Shown here: positions 56,773 through 64,000 of the stretch, piece by piece
Layout of the letters: the number at the start of each line of letters is the position of its first letter
Numbering within the stretch: position 1 is the stretch's first letter
NCBI GenBank assembly: GCA_009914755.4
Contig: CP086569.2
Location: forward strand, 992,001-1,056,000
Length of the DNA stretch: 64,000 bases
Reading direction: 5' to 3'
From: the human T2T-CHM13v2.0 reference genome, Homo sapiens
The notes under the pieces: generated by a model
Seen by the model: the letters and a program-made list of their open reading frames with translations, nothing else
Database searches by the model: none
What the model was told of the DNA's origin: nothing
Program-made: the position numbers and the translations under genes

Positions 56773-56774
56773 AC

Positions 56775-57120
56775 TGTATATGTATATGTGTATATATATG
56801 TATTTGTATATGTATATGTATATGTATTTGTATATGTATTTGCATATGTATATGTATTTGTATATGTATTTGCATATGTATATGTATATGTATTTGTATA
56901 TGTATACATATATATGCACTCTGTAACATTGATAACACACACTATAAGATTGCTATCCACTATTAGCATCTATATATACATCTATATATATAGTGTGTAT
57001 ATATATTTACACTATATATATCTATACATCTATATATAGTGTATATATATAGTGTGTGTGTATATATATAGTGTGTATATATATATATAGTGTGTGTATA
57101 TATATAGTGTGTATATATAT

Positions 57121-57175
<55 letters not shown>

Positions 57176-57200
57176 TGTGTATATATATACTATAAGATTG
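56775..57200. repeat. (TATGTATA/TGTATA)n then (TATATAGTGTG)n/(TA)n microsatellites
   Basis: 'tatatgtatatgtgtatatatatgtatttgtatatgtatatgtatatgtatttg...' and 'atatatagtgtgtatatatatttacactatatatatctatacatctatatatagtgtatatatatagtgtgtgtg...'. Confidence 0.95.
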
Positions 57201-57204
57201 CTGG

Positions 57205-58460
<1,256 letters not shown>

Positions 58461-58836
58461 TCCAATGCTATGGGAATGGTACATGGACGGAACTGGGGAC
58501 TCACAGAGTGGGAAGATGGTTTTACAGCATTTTGGACGTGCTGCCTTGGGGTTTATGTGACAACGTTCAGGCACGAAAAGGAACTGGGAGTAAATCTCCT
58601 GGAGCAATTGGCTCCCATCTGCCATCAAGCCTTTGAACACAGAGACTCATGTGGGGGAAAGTTAGCAGGGCAGTGGCCGCATTAGGCGGTGAGGCTGGGT
58701 CTTCAGAGTCTCCTAGTCCTACCATCATTGGCGTGGAGACTTCCCATCCATGGTGGTGTGGAGTCCCCAGGACAGTCCCCTCTGTCTTTAAATGTCAACG
58801 TGGATCCTGACGTTGACTTTGACAGTGGTGTGTCCA

Positions 58837-59100
58837 TCACAACGCCACGTAGGAGCGGTCATTCATCACAAAGGTGAAGCCCCCGATTGTGACCACATCA
58901 CCACCTTGGAGGGGCTGGTGGGGAAGCTGGAGGGATCCCCCAGAGGCCTCTTTCTCCTCGGTCTGTGGGTCCAGCATCCTGGGAGACTCGGCTTCAGTCT
59001 TGGCCAACTGGACCACCAGGGGCTCCTCAGGGCCACTTTCTTGCTCTGCACCTGCCATCTTGTGGAGGTGGGCCACGTTCTGGGTGTCTGTGATCCACTC
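58837..59100 (-). other. Short protein-like ORF in non-repeat DNA (possible exon or pseudogene fragment of unknown identity)
   Basis: minus-frame translation 'EWITDTQNVAHLHKMAGAEQESGPEEPLVVQLAKTEAESPRMLDPQTEEKEASGGSLQLPHQPLQGGDVVTIGGFTFVMNDRSYVAL*'. The listed ORF start is GTG, so the first in-frame ATG is the one encoding MAGAEQ; no recognisable family from memory; three overlapping ORFs in this GC-rich 300 bp. Confidence 0.2.
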
Positions 59101-59194
59101 CTACCAGGAAGAACATTCTAGCTCAAACACAGTGGACACACCACACACAGCGTCCTGAGCATCCGTACAGACGGTACCCACCACAGACATCCCT

Positions 59195-59247
59195 GGACAT
59201 CTTTCTCTTTCTTTCTCTCTCTTTCTTTTCTTTTCTCTTTCTTTCCT

Positions 59248-59295
<48 letters not shown>

Positions 59296-59390
59296 TCCTT
59301 CTTTCTTTCTTTCCTTTCTTTCTCTTTCTTTCTTTCTCTCTTTCTCTCTTTCTTTCTTCCCAAGAAACAACACCATTCCCAATGGAACAG
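59195..59390 (+). repeat. (TTTC)n/(CTTT)n polypyrimidine microsatellite
   Basis: 'ctttctctttctttctctctctttcttttcttttctctttctttccttctttctttctttctttc...'. Confidence 0.95.
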
Positions 59391-59479
59391 GAAAGCCCTC
59401 TCATCTGGGAGGTCTAAGCCCCTACAAAGCTCTTGTTTGGGGCATCCAGGAGCTCTGACACCAATACCCTTGTAAACCA

Positions 59480-61065
<1,586 letters not shown>

Positions 61066-61439
61066 TTAATGTCATTCTCTAAAAAGGTCGCGCTCAGAGA
61101 GATAGGAATGCAGGCAGAGGGGCACCTGCTTGGTGGAGAGGAGAAGAGACACAAGGAGAGGGCGGATACCTGGAAGTTCCCTTGGTGTATCTCAAAGAGC
61201 CCGGGGAAGATGGATTTCGGGTCTGGCACGCTGGGAATGAGAAACTTCTTCACTCTGAAATAGAGACGGAGAGTGTGGTCAGGTCGGCCACAGCCCCGCA
61301 GGAAGGGTTGGCAAGAAGCACCTACAGGGCATGGACCCCAGGGACAGACCAAGAATGGCAGAGCGGGGCCTTCCACATGGACACATGTGTCTCCTCCCGC
61401 TCCCCAGGGACCCTGCCTCTGGGGTCCTCATAAAGTTCC

Positions 61440-62539
<1,100 letters not shown>

Positions 62540-62584
62540 TCATTCCTGAAAGTTTCTATGTTGAAGTTCTAATCACCGACCTCA

Positions 62585-64000
<1,416 letters not shown>

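Overview
This window is primate (human-type) nuclear DNA, extremely repeat-dense and gene-poor. By eye about 40-50% is Alu: more than 80 copies, many close to AluY/S consensus with intact CpGs, and many carrying internal or flanking tandem duplications. Most of the remainder is kilobase-scale simple or low-complexity tracts that switch strand (polypurine at 16.3-17.4, 26.1-27.5, 29.2-30.5 and 35.5-38.0 kb; polypyrimidine at 20.0-21.1, 34.5-35.0, 59.2-59.4 and 60.5-60.8 kb), AT-rich arrays, and a series of minisatellites and VNTRs built from Alu fragments. No intact protein-coding gene can be supported. The clearest recognisable elements are listed below.

- RPL6 processed pseudogene at about 41.0-43.5 kb: intronless, frameshifted, poly(A)-terminated, interrupted by a 652-bp solo LTR with a 4-bp target-site duplication, and carrying a 5-copy 208-bp internal tandem expansion.
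- Solo HERV-K LTR5-like LTR at 39466-40511 with a perfect 6-bp TSD 'ctgagg'.
- Unclassified LTR-like repeat present in three copies; two form an inverted pair around the LTR5.
- MaLR (THE1/MST- and MLT1-like) LTR fragments, two of them tandemly triplicated.
- Three L1 3'-end fragments and two MER5-like DNA-transposon fragments.

The long ORFs in the six-frame track (up to 878 aa) almost all lie in simple repeats or Alus and are artefacts. The only protein-like non-repeat ORF is a short minus-strand segment at 58.84-59.10 kb of unknown identity. The overall architecture (nested tandem duplication of Alu-containing units, composite VNTRs, kb-scale homopurine/homopyrimidine tracts) resembles recently resolved subtelomeric, pericentromeric or acrocentric-type sequence. 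All calls come from reading the sequence and remembered consensus sequences; no database search was run.
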